Of a DNA stretch of 64,000 nucleotides, positions 29,430 to 37,974 are shown one piece after another. Position 1 is the first letter of the stretch, and each line of letters opens with the position of its first letter. A program made the position numbers and the translations under genes. The stretch lies in assembly GCA_015660865.1 (NCBI GenBank), contig JACTUA010000006.1:151777-215776 (forward strand), written 5' to 3'. The notes under the pieces are model-generated. The model was given only the letters and a program-made list of their open reading frames with translations, made no database searches and was not told where the DNA came from. Source of the stretch: Methanomicrobiales archaeon. Its GTDB lineage: Archaea > Halobacteriota > Methanomicrobia > Methanomicrobiales > JACTUA01.

Positions 29430-30194
29430 TCACGGTGAAGCCCGGGGGGAAAACGGATACGGGGTAGGAGATGGATGCCTGGGAATATTCACCGGAGTAT
29501 GCACGCCGGTAAGAGACACATCGGAGAGGTAGATCATCGATCCGAGGATAACGCACAGCACGAGGAGGCCGACCCCCTCAAAGAGGGATGCCGGCATGAG
29601 GCCTGTCATCCGGAACGTGAGAAAGGCGATGAGGGCCGAGCAGTGCTGGGCGTGGAACCGGGCTATCCTCGGGTCCGTCCTGTTGCAAGGGCGGATGGAT
29701 CCTGAGATGGAGACAGAACCGAACGGGAAGAGGGGAGAGATCCCCTTCCGCGTGCAGAGATCTTCCATGAGGTGGAGGGCCAGCCCGAGGATGACACCGA
29801 GAAGAAACATCTTCACGAGGGAGAGAACCACCCCGTTCCTGATGAAGAGAAGCGGGAGAGAGGAGATGCCGGCCACCGCGGCAAAGACGAAGAGGATGCC
29901 GGGGAGGGAATGGGTCATGCGTTTATCAATTGCATTCGGGGGGGCGGGAAGGATAACCGAGTAGAAAGTGCACATGATGGGAATACAGATTATTCTGCTG
30001 AATTGAGCCGCAAGCCAGGGAAGAGTGAGCAGGCCCGGGCTCTTCGGTTTCTTCATCTGGAAATCGGGAAGAATTGCGCCAGCGCAGGAACCGGCGATAA
30101 CCACAACCAGGAGAACCGGATCAAAGGGCAGGAGAGAGCTGGAGATGAGGAGAGTGCATATCGGGGCAAGCGCGAGGTGATGCCGTGTGATCAT
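29430..30194 (-). CDS. YdjM/DUF457-like membrane-bound metal-dependent hydrolase family protein
   Basis: The pattern parallels YdjM: an N-terminal His pair, ILPDFQMKKPKS (compare LPDIDHPKS), THSLPG, and HLMEDLCTRKGISPLFPF (compare HILADMLTPAGVPLLWP). It has several predicted TM helices. Confidence 0.6.
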   Translation of the reverse strand: MITRHHLALAPICTLLISSSLLPFDPVLLVVVIAGSCAGAILPDFQMKKPKSPGLLTLPWLAAQFSRIICIPIMCTFYSVILPAPPNAIDKRMTHSLPGILFVFAAVAGISSLPLLFIRNGVVLSLVKMFLLGVILGLALHLMEDLCTRKGISPLFPFGSVSISGSIRPCNRTDPRIARFHAQHCSALIAFLTFRMTGLMPASLFEGVGLLVLCVILGSMIYLSDVSLTGVHTPVNIPRHPSPTPYPFSPRASP

Positions 30195-30220
30195 AGCCAG
30201 AATCCCATCCTTAGTAAAAG

Positions 30221-30392
30221 TGAACTATTATCGCAGTGGGATATATACGTTTTGGTTATTTCATTACCTTTTTGGACTTGTTAATTGAATAATATTAATA
30301 GATAGGAAAACCAGGTATTCAAGTACAGGAGCCGGAGAAGACCCATGGCAAGGGGAATTACGGTCAGGGAAGGGAGGTGAAAAGGAGGGAGG
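30221..30392. repeat. Paralogous intergenic block, copy 1 (upstream of the DUF457-like gene, downstream of mop)
   Basis: By eye it aligns over ~170 bp at roughly 70% identity with 30612-30780. Shared strings include tgaactat, ttatttcattacctt, ttcaagt.caggagc and ggaatta.ggtca. Confidence 0.75.
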
Positions 30393-30397
30393 ATCCG

Positions 30398-30607
30398 TCA
30401 GTCCACGGCGATCATCACTTCTGAGGACTTGATCACCGCATAGGCCGGTTTCCCGACGGCAAGCCCGAGGGACTCCACGGACTTCTTCGTGATAATGGAG
30501 GTGATCTCCAGCCCTCCGGGAAGCTCTATCAGGACCTCTGAGTTAACGCTTCCCGGCGTGATCTTCTTCACTTTTCCTTTCAGGATGTTACGAGCACTAA
30601 TCTTCAT
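30398..30607 (-). CDS. mop: Molybdopterin/molybdate-binding protein Mop (single TOBE domain)
   Basis: 69 aa: MKISARNILKGKVKKITPGSVNSEVLIEL...AVIKSSEVMIAV, a classic Mop/TOBE sequence. Confidence 0.9.
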   Translation of the reverse strand: MKISARNILKGKVKKITPGSVNSEVLIELPGGLEITSIITKKSVESLGLAVGKPAYAVIKSSEVMIAVD

Positions 30608-30611
30608 GGTT

Positions 30612-30780
30612 TGAACTATAATCCCAAGAGGTCATATATTTTGCTTATTTCATTACCTTCTTGAATTTGTCAACTGAATGAAACTAATGAATTGGAAAAC
30701 AGGTGTTCAAGTCAGGAGCTAGGGAAGATTCAGGGCTCGGGAATTATGGTCACTGGAATGACGGTAAAAGGAATGGGGGA
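30612..30780. repeat. Paralogous intergenic block, copy 2 (upstream of mop, downstream of hypC)
   Basis: See copy 1. This block starts 5 nt from the mop ATG and fills almost the whole mop-hypC spacer. Confidence 0.75.
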
Positions 30781-30788
30781 TTCGTGCA

Positions 30789-31013
30789 TCACTCCTCAAG
30801 GGTTGCGTAGACCTGCCGGAAGATCTCCCTCGTCTCGAGGGCCTCCTCGCGTGAGAGCTTCTGGATGGCAAACCCCACGTGGACGAGTACGAAATCCCCG
30901 ACCTTCACGTCCACGAGATCGAGCTGGACCTCCTGCCTGAGGTCGCCGTAGTCGACCACCCCGACGTTGTTCTCCTTCAGTTCAACGACCTCGGCCGGAA
31001 TCGCAATGCACAT
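30789..31013 (-). CDS. hypC: Hydrogenase assembly chaperone HypC/HupF
   Basis: The protein starts MCIAIPAEVVEL, the invariant N-terminal MC(L/I)(G/A)(L/I)P motif, and is 74 aa. The upstream 29 codons of the track ORF run into the tRNA-Ser gene and are rejected. Confidence 0.9.
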   Translation of the reverse strand: MCIAIPAEVVELKENNVGVVDYGDLRQEVQLDLVDVKVGDFVLVHVGFAIQKLSREEALETREIFRQVYATLEE

Positions 31014-31042
31014 CCTTCTCTGCCCTCCCACTCTCCGAAAAG

Positions 31043-31127
31043 CGCCGGGGAGGAGATTTGAACTCCCGAGGTGCCAAGCACCAGTGGCTTTCAAGGCCAC
31101 CGCCTTTCCGGACTAGACTACCCCGGC
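31043..31127 (-). tRNA. tRNA-Ser (anticodon UGA), type II with long variable arm
   Basis: Folded manually. Acceptor stem GCCGGGG/CCCCGGC; D stem GTCT/AGGC with GG in the loop; anticodon stem GTGGC/GCCAC with loop CTTGAAA. The variable arm is GGTGC-TTG-GCACC, the T arm is GGGAG-TTCAAAT-CTCCT, and the discriminator is G. Total length is 85 nt, with no encoded CCA. Confidence 0.85.
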
Positions 31128-31169
31128 TCTCTCTAAAGGTTCGCCGTTCCCGCGTAAAAAAGGATTGGG

Positions 31170-32261
31170 TTATCTCCGCCGGGCTATCACGAGGAGGGCG
31201 AGAGCGAAGATGGCAAGGAAGAGCGGGAGGGGGCTCTTCTGGGTGGTGGTGGGGGGCGGTGTCGTGGTGAAGAGGGCGACGCAGCTCGTGCAGGCGGTCA
31301 CCGAATCCGCGTTCTGTGCCGTGAGGGTGACCGTCCCCTGGTCGCTGAACGTGAAGGGATACACCTTGACATAGACCGTCCCTCCCTTGCCAACGAACGT
31401 CGCGGACTCGCCACCGATAGTCCCTTTCTCGTTCACCACTGTGAGCAGGTTGTCCTCATCGATGTACTCCATCACCCAGTCGATCCCCGACGAGGTGCTG
31501 ATGGTGACCGCGCCCGGCCTGGTATCCACGGCGAAATATGCGGGCTGGTTCCGGGAGGCCTGGGCGGTTGCAGAGGCCTGCTGAACCGGTACCGACGTGG
31601 TGGTGACCACCGTGGTCGAGATGGGCTGCGAGACGGTGAACTGCGCCGAGCCGATATAGCTCTTGTAGTCCGAGAAGGAGGCGGTGTAAGTCCCTCCGTC
31701 GGTGATCTGGATATCCGTCGAGAAGACATCGTTCTGGGTGGCGATGAAGAGGGGGCCGAAGATGGTGGCCCCATTATGTTCCACGCTGAGCTGGGTCCCG
31801 TTGTTCCCCGCGGTACTCACAGATCCCCGTATGGAGAGAAGGCCGGTGAAGGGCTGGGCGGCGGGGGAAGTGATGGTGATCTCGTTCTGCCGGTCGATGA
31901 GGATAACCGACAGCTGGTTCTTGGCTTCCCCCCCAAAGGCGGCGTTCCCGCCGGGCATGGGATCAACCAGCTCCAGGAGGTAGTTCCCTGCCGCAAGACC
32001 GGCAGTGGGGAAGCTGGCCGAGAAGACCCCGCCCTCTTGGACAACGATCCTCGTCCGCGCGATCTCGGTCTTTGTGAAGGCCATCTTATAAAAGATGAGA
32101 TCGGTGGAGAACCCGGGTTTGATGGTTCCCAGGGAGGATCCGCTCACCTCCAGGGTCTGCCCGACCGTGATCGTCCCGGGAGCGTTCAGCTCGACATAAG
32201 CTGCCTGTGCAGCAGCGACGAGGAACACCCCCACCAGTAGGATCCAGGCAATCCTTTTCAT
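31170..32261 (-). CDS. Secreted surface protein with Thr/Pro linker and C-terminal hydrophobic anchor plus RRR (archaeosortase-signal-like)
   Basis: The ATG at 32261 gives MKRIAWILLVGVFLVAAAQA, a signal peptide. The C-terminus is TTTPPPTTTQKSPLPLFLAIFALALLVIARRR. The upstream 280 codons of the 644-aa track ORF are antisense to the neighbouring gene and are rejected. Confidence 0.7.
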   Translation of the reverse strand: MKRIAWILLVGVFLVAAAQAAYVELNAPGTITVGQTLEVSGSSLGTIKPGFSTDLIFYKMAFTKTEIARTRIVVQEGGVFSASFPTAGLAAGNYLLELVDPMPGGNAAFGGEAKNQLSVILIDRQNEITITSPAAQPFTGLLSIRGSVSTAGNNGTQLSVEHNGATIFGPLFIATQNDVFSTDIQITDGGTYTASFSDYKSYIGSAQFTVSQPISTTVVTTTSVPVQQASATAQASRNQPAYFAVDTRPGAVTISTSSGIDWVMEYIDEDNLLTVVNEKGTIGGESATFVGKGGTVYVKVYPFTFSDQGTVTLTAQNADSVTACTSCVALFTTTPPPTTTQKSPLPLFLAIFALALLVIARRR

Positions 32262-32288
32262 AGGTACACATCCAACTACCGGGAATAA

Positions 32289-33272
32289 ATGGTTTCTTGT
32301 AGACCCGAACGGCCGGTCGCAGCCTGGATCGATGGTGAACGCCTGGAGAACGAGGTCGTCCCCTCCCTCACCCTCATCCTCAAGAGTGGCGGGTGCGGCT
32401 GGAACCGCTGCCTCATGTGCGGCTACAGGCACTTCAGGTATCTTGGTGATGCGGCATCCCTTACAGCCCTGATACGGTCCCAGCTCAGGTGGGTCAGCGA
32501 GAGGTTCCCGGGCCAGGAATACCGGGTGGTAAAGGTCTTCACCTCTGGATCCCTCCTCGATCCCCGTGAGGTACCCGTGGAGGTGCGGCGGGAGATCCTC
32601 TCTTCTTTCCGGGGGAAGAGGGTCATCGTCGAGACGAGGCCCGAGTTTGTCACCGACGACGCGGTCAGGGAATGCATGGAGGACCTCGATACCGGGAGCG
32701 GGCCGGTCTCCTTCTCGGTGGCCATCGGCCTCGAGACCTCGGACGACGGGATACGGGAGAAATGCGTGGACAAGGGGTTCAGCTTCGGTGATTTCCTGGC
32801 GGCGTCCCGTACGGCCCGCCGTGCCGGGGCAGGGGTGAAGGCCTATCTTCTCCAGAAACCACCCTACCTCACCGAGCGGGAGGCAATCGAGGATGTGATC
32901 CGATCGGTCCACGACGTCCGCCCCCATGCAGATGCCATCTCCCTCAACCCCTGCACCGTCCAGAAGGGGACGGAGGTCGAACGCCTCTGGAGGACCCGTG
33001 CCTACCGGCCGCCCTACCTCTGGTCCGTGATCCTCGCCCTCTCGAAGGCGGAAGAGACGGTCATCTGCGACCCGGTCGGCGGGGGCACCCCGCGCGGGCC
33101 CCATAACTGTGCATCATGCGACTGCGACCTGGTAAGGGGAATAAAGGATTACAGCCTATCGGGTGACCGGTCCCTCCTCGAAGCGCTCCTTGCCGTTGAC
33201 TGCAGATGCAAAGAGGAGTGGGAGTTCGTGCTCGGGGAGGAGCGCCCCTGGTGCATGCCTCTTACGGGCTGA
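32289..33272 (+). CDS. TIGR01210-type radical SAM protein (archaeosine biosynthesis RaSEA-like)
   Basis: 327 aa with the cluster motif GGCGWNRCLMCGY and a TIM-barrel radical SAM core (KVFTSGSLLD, VETRPEF, AIGLETSDD). Confidence 0.6.
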   Translation: MVSCRPERPVAAWIDGERLENEVVPSLTLILKSGGCGWNRCLMCGYRHFRYLGDAASLTALIRSQLRWVSERFPGQEYRVVKVFTSGSLLDPREVPVEVRREILSSFRGKRVIVETRPEFVTDDAVRECMEDLDTGSGPVSFSVAIGLETSDDGIREKCVDKGFSFGDFLAASRTARRAGAGVKAYLLQKPPYLTEREAIEDVIRSVHDVRPHADAISLNPCTVQKGTEVERLWRTRAYRPPYLWSVILALSKAEETVICDPVGGGTPRGPHNCASCDCDLVRGIKDYSLSGDRSLLEALLAVDCRCKEEWEFVLGEERPWCMPLTG

Positions 33273-34500
33273 CCTCTCCTGACTGGATCTCGAGCTGCTT
33301 GGCAAGGAGCGGGAGGAAGGTCCCTGCATCAGAGACCACACCGATCACCTGCTGGGTCCCCCGGTCCATGAGCTTGGTCACCGAAGTCGGGTTGATGTCC
33401 ACGCAGACCGTCTTCACCGACGACGGGAGACAGTTCCCCACCGCAATCGAATGGAGGAGGGTCGCGATCATGAGGACCATCCCGCACCCCTTGAGGTGGA
33501 GTCGCATCTCGTCCTGGGCTGCGATAACATCGGTGATGACATCCGGGAGGGGACCGTCATCCCTGATGGAGCCTGCGAGGACGTAGGGGATATCCTTCTT
33601 CACGCACTCGTACATGATCCCGCCTGTGATGACCCCCTTCTCCACGGCTTCCCCGATGGATCCGGCGCGGATCACTTCGCTGATCGCCTGGAGGTGGTGG
33701 CAGTGGCCGCCGATCACCGGCTTTCCGGTTGTGAGGTCCATCCCCAGCGAGGTGCCCATGAGGTTGAACTCGATGTCATGGGCGGCAAGCGCGTTCCCTG
33801 CGAAGAGGACGTCGACATAACCCATGCGGACGATCTTCGCGAGGGCTGTTGAAGCCCCGGTATGGATGATGGCCGGTCCCCCGACAAGGACGATCCTCCC
33901 GCCCTTCCTCTTGAGCTCGATCATCTCCTTTGCGATCTGCGCGATGATGGCCTCGCTCGGCCGTTCCGGGGAGACGGTTCCGTGCATGAACTCAAAGAGG
34001 GACTGCTTCCGTGGCCTTGCCGGGGGGACCACCTTCACCCCGTCCTCACCCACGACGACGAGATCGCCGGTGAGGAGCTTCGAGAGGGTCTTGCAGACCG
34101 CCCGTCCGGTCGCAGGATCGAGGACCACCAGGCTGTCCATCTTCATCTCATCGACGGGGATCCACTTCCCGTCATAGCGGATGAAAGTCGGGTGGTTCGT
34201 GGTCGAGTAGAAGTCCCGGGGGGCGATCCGGTTCCCCTCGGCAGCGACCAGGTGGCAATCCTCGATCTTCACAGGCCGTGCACCGAAGCGGTGGAGCTCG
34301 GAGATGATGAGGGCGAGGCTGGCCTCGTCGCGGGCCTTGACCCGGAGCTTCGCGTAGCTCGGGTCCGTCTTCCGTTTCCCCACGTCGAACTCCAGGATCT
34401 CGAAGTTCCCCTCCATGTCCATGATCCGGTCGAAGACCTGGGTCATGATACCCGAGTCGATGATATGCCCCTCGAGCTCGATCTCCCGGGACGCTTCCAT
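33262..34500 (-). CDS. TIGR00300 / LOR-SDH domain family protein (archaeal ornithine cyclodeaminase-type)
   Basis: 412 aa: EIELEGHIIDSGIMTQVFDRIMD..., VLVGGPAIIHTGA, FAGNALAAHDIE, GGHCHHL. It converges on and overlaps the previous gene by 11 nt. Confidence 0.65.
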   Translation of the reverse strand: MEASREIELEGHIIDSGIMTQVFDRIMDMEGNFEILEFDVGKRKTDPSYAKLRVKARDEASLALIISELHRFGARPVKIEDCHLVAAEGNRIAPRDFYSTTNHPTFIRYDGKWIPVDEMKMDSLVVLDPATGRAVCKTLSKLLTGDLVVVGEDGVKVVPPARPRKQSLFEFMHGTVSPERPSEAIIAQIAKEMIELKRKGGRIVLVGGPAIIHTGASTALAKIVRMGYVDVLFAGNALAAHDIEFNLMGTSLGMDLTTGKPVIGGHCHHLQAISEVIRAGSIGEAVEKGVITGGIMYECVKKDIPYVLAGSIRDDGPLPDVITDVIAAQDEMRLHLKGCGMVLMIATLLHSIAVGNCLPSSVKTVCVDINPTSVTKLMDRGTQQVIGVVSDAGTFLPLLAKQLEIQSGEVSP

Positions 34501-34647
34501 GACTAGACGTCGGTGTGGATAGTTAATATGGTTAATCCCGGATTATACCTGTTTACGGACAATTTCTCTGTGCCGTACCCATGAACGTCCAACAATCCGA
34601 ATATCTCCAACACGATGACCCCCTTAATTTCACGTGTGCTATTTCTG

Positions 34648-34817
34648 TTGGGCTCTTGGGGGACTTCCGCCCCCGCCGCGGGCATCCCCCGTCGTGTACT
34701 GGGACTCGTGGAGGACGGTGCCCAGGATTTGTTCGATGGCTTCAAGACAGGTCCTATCCCCACGCGGGGGACGCCGAAGAGGCGGGGTGAGCGGAGCGAA
34801 TCCCCCAGGAGCGTCCG
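34648..34817 (+). repeat. GC-rich extragenic palindromic repeat, copy B (L module, spacer, R module)
   Basis: L module: ttgggctcttgggggacttccgcccccgccgcgggcatcccccgtcgtgta. R module: aggtcctatccccacgcgggggacgccgaagaggcggggtgagcggagcgaatcccccaggagcgtccg. The element lies in the spacer between the cobY stop and the start of the TIGR00300 gene. Confidence 0.85.
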
Positions 34818-34855
34818 ACGAATGAAAGGTTTTCTTGGATCTACAGTATCCCCGA

Positions 34856-35467
34856 TTACATCAACCTCTTTTCTTTTCCCCGGCACAGCACCCTCCTCAC
34901 CGCCTCGAGATCCTCCTTCGTGTTCACGTTCCGGCCAAGGGCCCGATCATGGAGGAGGAACCGGTATTCTTCCTGTGGTTCCCTGATCCGCTCCCCAAGG
35001 AGGATATTGACACCGATCGGAACCGCCTGGAACCCGTCCACGGATTCCGCGTAATCCGTCCTGCAGCCCGTAGGCTGGCAGAGGCTCCGGGGAACCCAAG
35101 AGGAGAGCGCGGGCATATCCTGCGCGAGGTAGGTTTCCTGTATCTTCTTCACATGCTCAGGCCGGAGGCATGGGATGTCTGCCACCGATGTGAAAAGAGG
35201 GGCGTTGATGCCGAGCTCGGTGACCACTTCTACAATATCCTCCACGTAGCCCCCGCCCGTAGCTTGGTAAAAAGGAATACCCTGTGCCCTGAAGTAGTTC
35301 AGGGTCATGGGGGTGCGATGGGATGACACCACCGTGACCTCGAGCCCTGTAGCGGTGAATGCGTCAATGACCCAGGAGACCATCGGCCTCCCACATATGG
35401 TGACAAGGGGCTTCTCGCCCATCCCCAGCCGGGTTCCCTCCCCTCCGGCCAGGATCAGGGCAAGCAT
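34856..35467 (-). CDS. cobY: Adenosylcobinamide-phosphate guanylyltransferase (archaeal CobY-type NTP transferase)
   Basis: 203 aa: MLALILAGGEGTRLGMGEKPL (nucleotidyltransferase G-loop). It overlaps cobD by 13 nt. Confidence 0.75.
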   Translation of the reverse strand: MLALILAGGEGTRLGMGEKPLVTICGRPMVSWVIDAFTATGLEVTVVSSHRTPMTLNYFRAQGIPFYQATGGGYVEDIVEVVTELGINAPLFTSVADIPCLRPEHVKKIQETYLAQDMPALSSWVPRSLCQPTGCRTDYAESVDGFQAVPIGVNILLGERIREPQEEYRFLLHDRALGRNVNTKEDLEAVRRVLCRGKEKRLM

Positions 35468-36453
35468 GCGGCAAGGGCCTCTGTGAGCTGCTGGTTCTCC
35501 TCTCTTCTCCGGACCGCGATACGGATGGAATCGGGGAGGCCGAAGGAGGTGCAGTCGCGGATGAGGACTCCCTTGACCAGGAGACGTTCTGCAAGCTCAG
35601 ATGCCGGCTCATCAAGGGTCACCAGGAGAAAGTTCGCAGAGGAGGGAAGGGCGGTGAGGCCCAGATCCCTGATTTTCTCCTCAAGCCACTCATGTTCAAC
35701 CCTGATCTTTCTCCGCGACTCTTCCAGGTGATGATAGTTCCTGAAGGCAAGGATGGCGAACTCCTCGGCAAAGGTGTTTACGGACCACGGGGGCCGGAGA
35801 ACCTCCATCCGTGCGATCAGGGAAGGATCCCCGAACCCGTACCCGAAACGGAGGCCGGGGACAGCAAAAGCCTTGGTAAGGGAGCGGAGGATGAAGAGGG
35901 CCGGGTCCCGTCCGGTGACAAGGCTCTGGCGGGGGTCCGAGAGCTCGATGAAGGCCTCGTCGAGGAAGAGGATGCCGGACCCTGAAGCGACATGCCGCAG
36001 GATGCTCCGCAGCTCGTCACCAGAACGGAGTGTTCCCGTCGGGTTGTTGGGGTTGCAGATGAACCTGACCCGCGCGCGGGCGGGTTCCTCCACCGGGCTG
36101 GCCCCCGCGAGGCGCGCCGAGAGCTCGTACTCCCCGAAGGTGGGATGTTCGACATGGAAAGAATCGCCGTCGCAGAGGGCTGCCTGGCAGAAGATACGGA
36201 TGATCTCCATGGAGCCGTTCCCCACGGCGATCTCTTCGGGGGGACGGTGAAACGTCCTCCCGATCACCTCCCTGAGGGTCTCGTACCGGTCATCGGGGTA
36301 GGATGCAAGGGAGGAGGGATCGGGGTCCCAGGGTATCTCCGGCGGGAAGGGGTTCAGGTTCGCGGAGAAGTCCAGGATGGGCCGGCCGTACCTCCTCAGG
36401 TGCGAGAGAATGGTGCCTCCATGAACAACCCTCCCGGGAATCTCCCTTTTCAT
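35455..36453 (-). CDS. cobD: Threonine-phosphate decarboxylase (class I/II aminotransferase fold)
   Basis: 332 aa with LDFSANLNP, NPNNPTG and the PLP lysine region SLTKAFAVPGLRFGY. It is paired with cobY. Confidence 0.75.
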   Translation of the reverse strand: MKREIPGRVVHGGTILSHLRRYGRPILDFSANLNPFPPEIPWDPDPSSLASYPDDRYETLREVIGRTFHRPPEEIAVGNGSMEIIRIFCQAALCDGDSFHVEHPTFGEYELSARLAGASPVEEPARARVRFICNPNNPTGTLRSGDELRSILRHVASGSGILFLDEAFIELSDPRQSLVTGRDPALFILRSLTKAFAVPGLRFGYGFGDPSLIARMEVLRPPWSVNTFAEEFAILAFRNYHHLEESRRKIRVEHEWLEEKIRDLGLTALPSSANFLLVTLDEPASELAERLLVKGVLIRDCTSFGLPDSIRIAVRRREENQQLTEALAACLP

Positions 36454-36643
36454 GACATTCCCCTAAACGGGAAGATATTTGAAAATACTGGCTTAAAAGA
36501 ATTATGAATTGCGGAAGATCTCGGAGGAGAAGGTTTAAATACTCACAGGCAAATCAGTTCTTTATCCGCTTGACGGACAATTGTAGAACATATGTCTGAC
36601 ATAAAGCAGACGTAAAGCTGCTAAATGTCAGAACGTGATGAAA

Positions 36644-36820
36644 ATGGAACGGGTCACCATCCGCTTACCAAAGCAACAGGTGGACATGCTCGAGAAACTC
36701 GTCAATGCAGGCGAGTTCCCCACCATCTCCGAGGCCGTGAGATACGCGGTCAGGGAGTTCGTGGAGAAGCATGGAAGCCGGATCATCAAGGAGAGCGACC
36801 AGGTTTCATTCAATGTCTGA
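36644..36820 (+). CDS. cdrS: Ribbon-helix-helix regulator CdrS (cell division regulator short)
   Basis: [40 protein letters not shown] is a CopG/RHH pattern. The gene sits 11 nt upstream of ftsZ, as in the conserved euryarchaeal cdrS-ftsZ2 unit. In-frame alternative starts exist at 36635 (GTG) and 36638 (ATG). Confidence 0.75.
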   Translation: MERVTIRLPKQQVDMLEKLVNAGEFPTISEAVRYAVREFVEKHGSRIIKESDQVSFNV

Positions 36821-36831
36821 GAGGTAATGGT

Positions 36832-37974
36832 ATGCAGAGCCTGATAGATGAAGCCGTAAAGAATGCAGAGATCGAGAAGACCGATACTAAGACGACCGAG
36901 GCTGATGACTTCATCGGGGCCCCCAGGATCCTCGTGGTCGGGTGCGGCGGTGCAGGGAACAACACCGTCAACCGCCTCTACCACATGGGGATCGTGGGCG
37001 CCGAGACCATCGCAGTCAACACCGACAAGCAGCACCTGGACATGATCCAGGCAGGAAAGCGCGTCCTCATCGGCAAGTCCCTGACAAAGGGCCTCGGGGC
37101 AGGCGGGTACCCGGACATCGGGAAGCGTGCCGCAGAGATGGCCCGCCCGACTCTCGAGAGCCTGATGGAATCGGCCGACCTTGTCTTCGTGACCGCCGGG
37201 ATGGGTGGCGGTACCGGGACCGGGGCTGCCCCCGTCATCGCACAGATCGCAAAGGACCAGGGCGCCATCGTCGTGGGCATGGTCTCGTACCCCTTCCAGG
37301 TGGAGAAGGCACGCCTCCTCCGCGCCGAGGAAGGCCTCGAGGGGCTCTCGAAGGCAGCCGACTCGGTCATCGTCCTTGACAACAACCGGCTCCTCTCCTA
37401 TGTCCCCAACCTCCCTATCGGGCAGGCCTTCTCGGTCATGGACCAGCTCATCGCCGAGACCGTCAAGGGGATCTCCGAGACCATCACCGAGCCGTCCCTC
37501 ATCCAGCTCGACTACGCTGATGTCCGGGCCATCATGTCCAAGGGCGGCGTCGCCGTCATGCTCGTGGGCGAGTCCAAGCAGCAGAACAAGGCGGAGTCCG
37601 TGGTCCACGAGTGCCTGAACCACCCGCTCCTTGACATCGACTACCGCGGCGCCACCGGTTCGCTCATCCACATCACCGGCGGGAACGACCTCACCCTGGC
37701 CGATGCCGAGGAGATCGCATCGTCGCTCACCTACGAGCTCGACCCCCACGCCGATGTCATCTGGGGCGCCCGGATCCGGAACGAGTTCGAGGGGAAGGTC
37801 CGGGTCATGGCGATCATGACCGGCGTCCGTTCGGCCCAGGTCCTCGGGCCCTATGCCGACACCGCGGCCAAGGTCACCCACACGCCCATCCCCAGCCAGA
37901 CAACCGCTGCGGCACGGGAGCCTGCGCACACCCGCGGGGACCGGAAGAGCGGCGGCCTCATCGATTTCATCTGA
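36832..37974 (+). CDS. ftsZ: Cell division GTPase FtsZ (FtsZ2-type by cdrS linkage)
   Basis: MQSLIDEAV...[10 protein letters not shown]...[11 protein letters not shown]...[16 protein letters not shown] (tubulin signature). GAGGT lies 7 nt upstream of the ATG. The longer track ORF start at 36625 overlaps cdrS and is rejected. Confidence 0.92.
   Translation: MQSLIDEAVKNAEIEKTDTKTTEADDFIGAPRILVVGCGGAGNNTVNRLYHMGIVGAETIAVNTDKQHLDMIQAGKRVLIGKSLTKGLGAGGYPDIGKRAAEMARPTLESLMESADLVFVTAGMGGGTGTGAAPVIAQIAKDQGAIVVGMVSYPFQVEKARLLRAEEGLEGLSKAADSVIVLDNNRLLSYVPNLPIGQAFSVMDQLIAETVKGISETITEPSLIQLDYADVRAIMSKGGVAVMLVGESKQQNKAESVVHECLNHPLLDIDYRGATGSLIHITGGNDLTLADAEEIASSLTYELDPHADVIWGARIRNEFEGKVRVMAIMTGVRSAQVLGPYADTAAKVTHTPIPSQTTAAAREPAHTRGDRKSGGLIDFI

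Noticed and set aside
30221-30392. Molybdenum-cofactor riboswitch in the duplicated mop / DUF457 upstream blocks.
   Set aside because: Moco riboswitches are bacterial, and I see none of their conserved features. Most of the conserved block lies upstream of the TATA-like box, so it would not be in the mRNA leader.
32262-33104. N-terminal 280 codons of the 644-aa track ORF 31170-33104.
   Set aside because: This part is antisense to the RaSEA-like radical SAM gene and is Arg/Gly/Pro/Asp-rich. The internal ATG at 32261 yields a textbook signal peptide.
34503-34886. 127-aa ORF, and the similar 107-aa ORF at 42586-42909, sharing peptide strings such as PAAGAEVP.EPN.
   Set aside because: The similarity comes from the extragenic GC-rich repeat they run through. 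In copy A the modules occur in permuted order and on the other strand, which is incompatible with a conserved coding frame.
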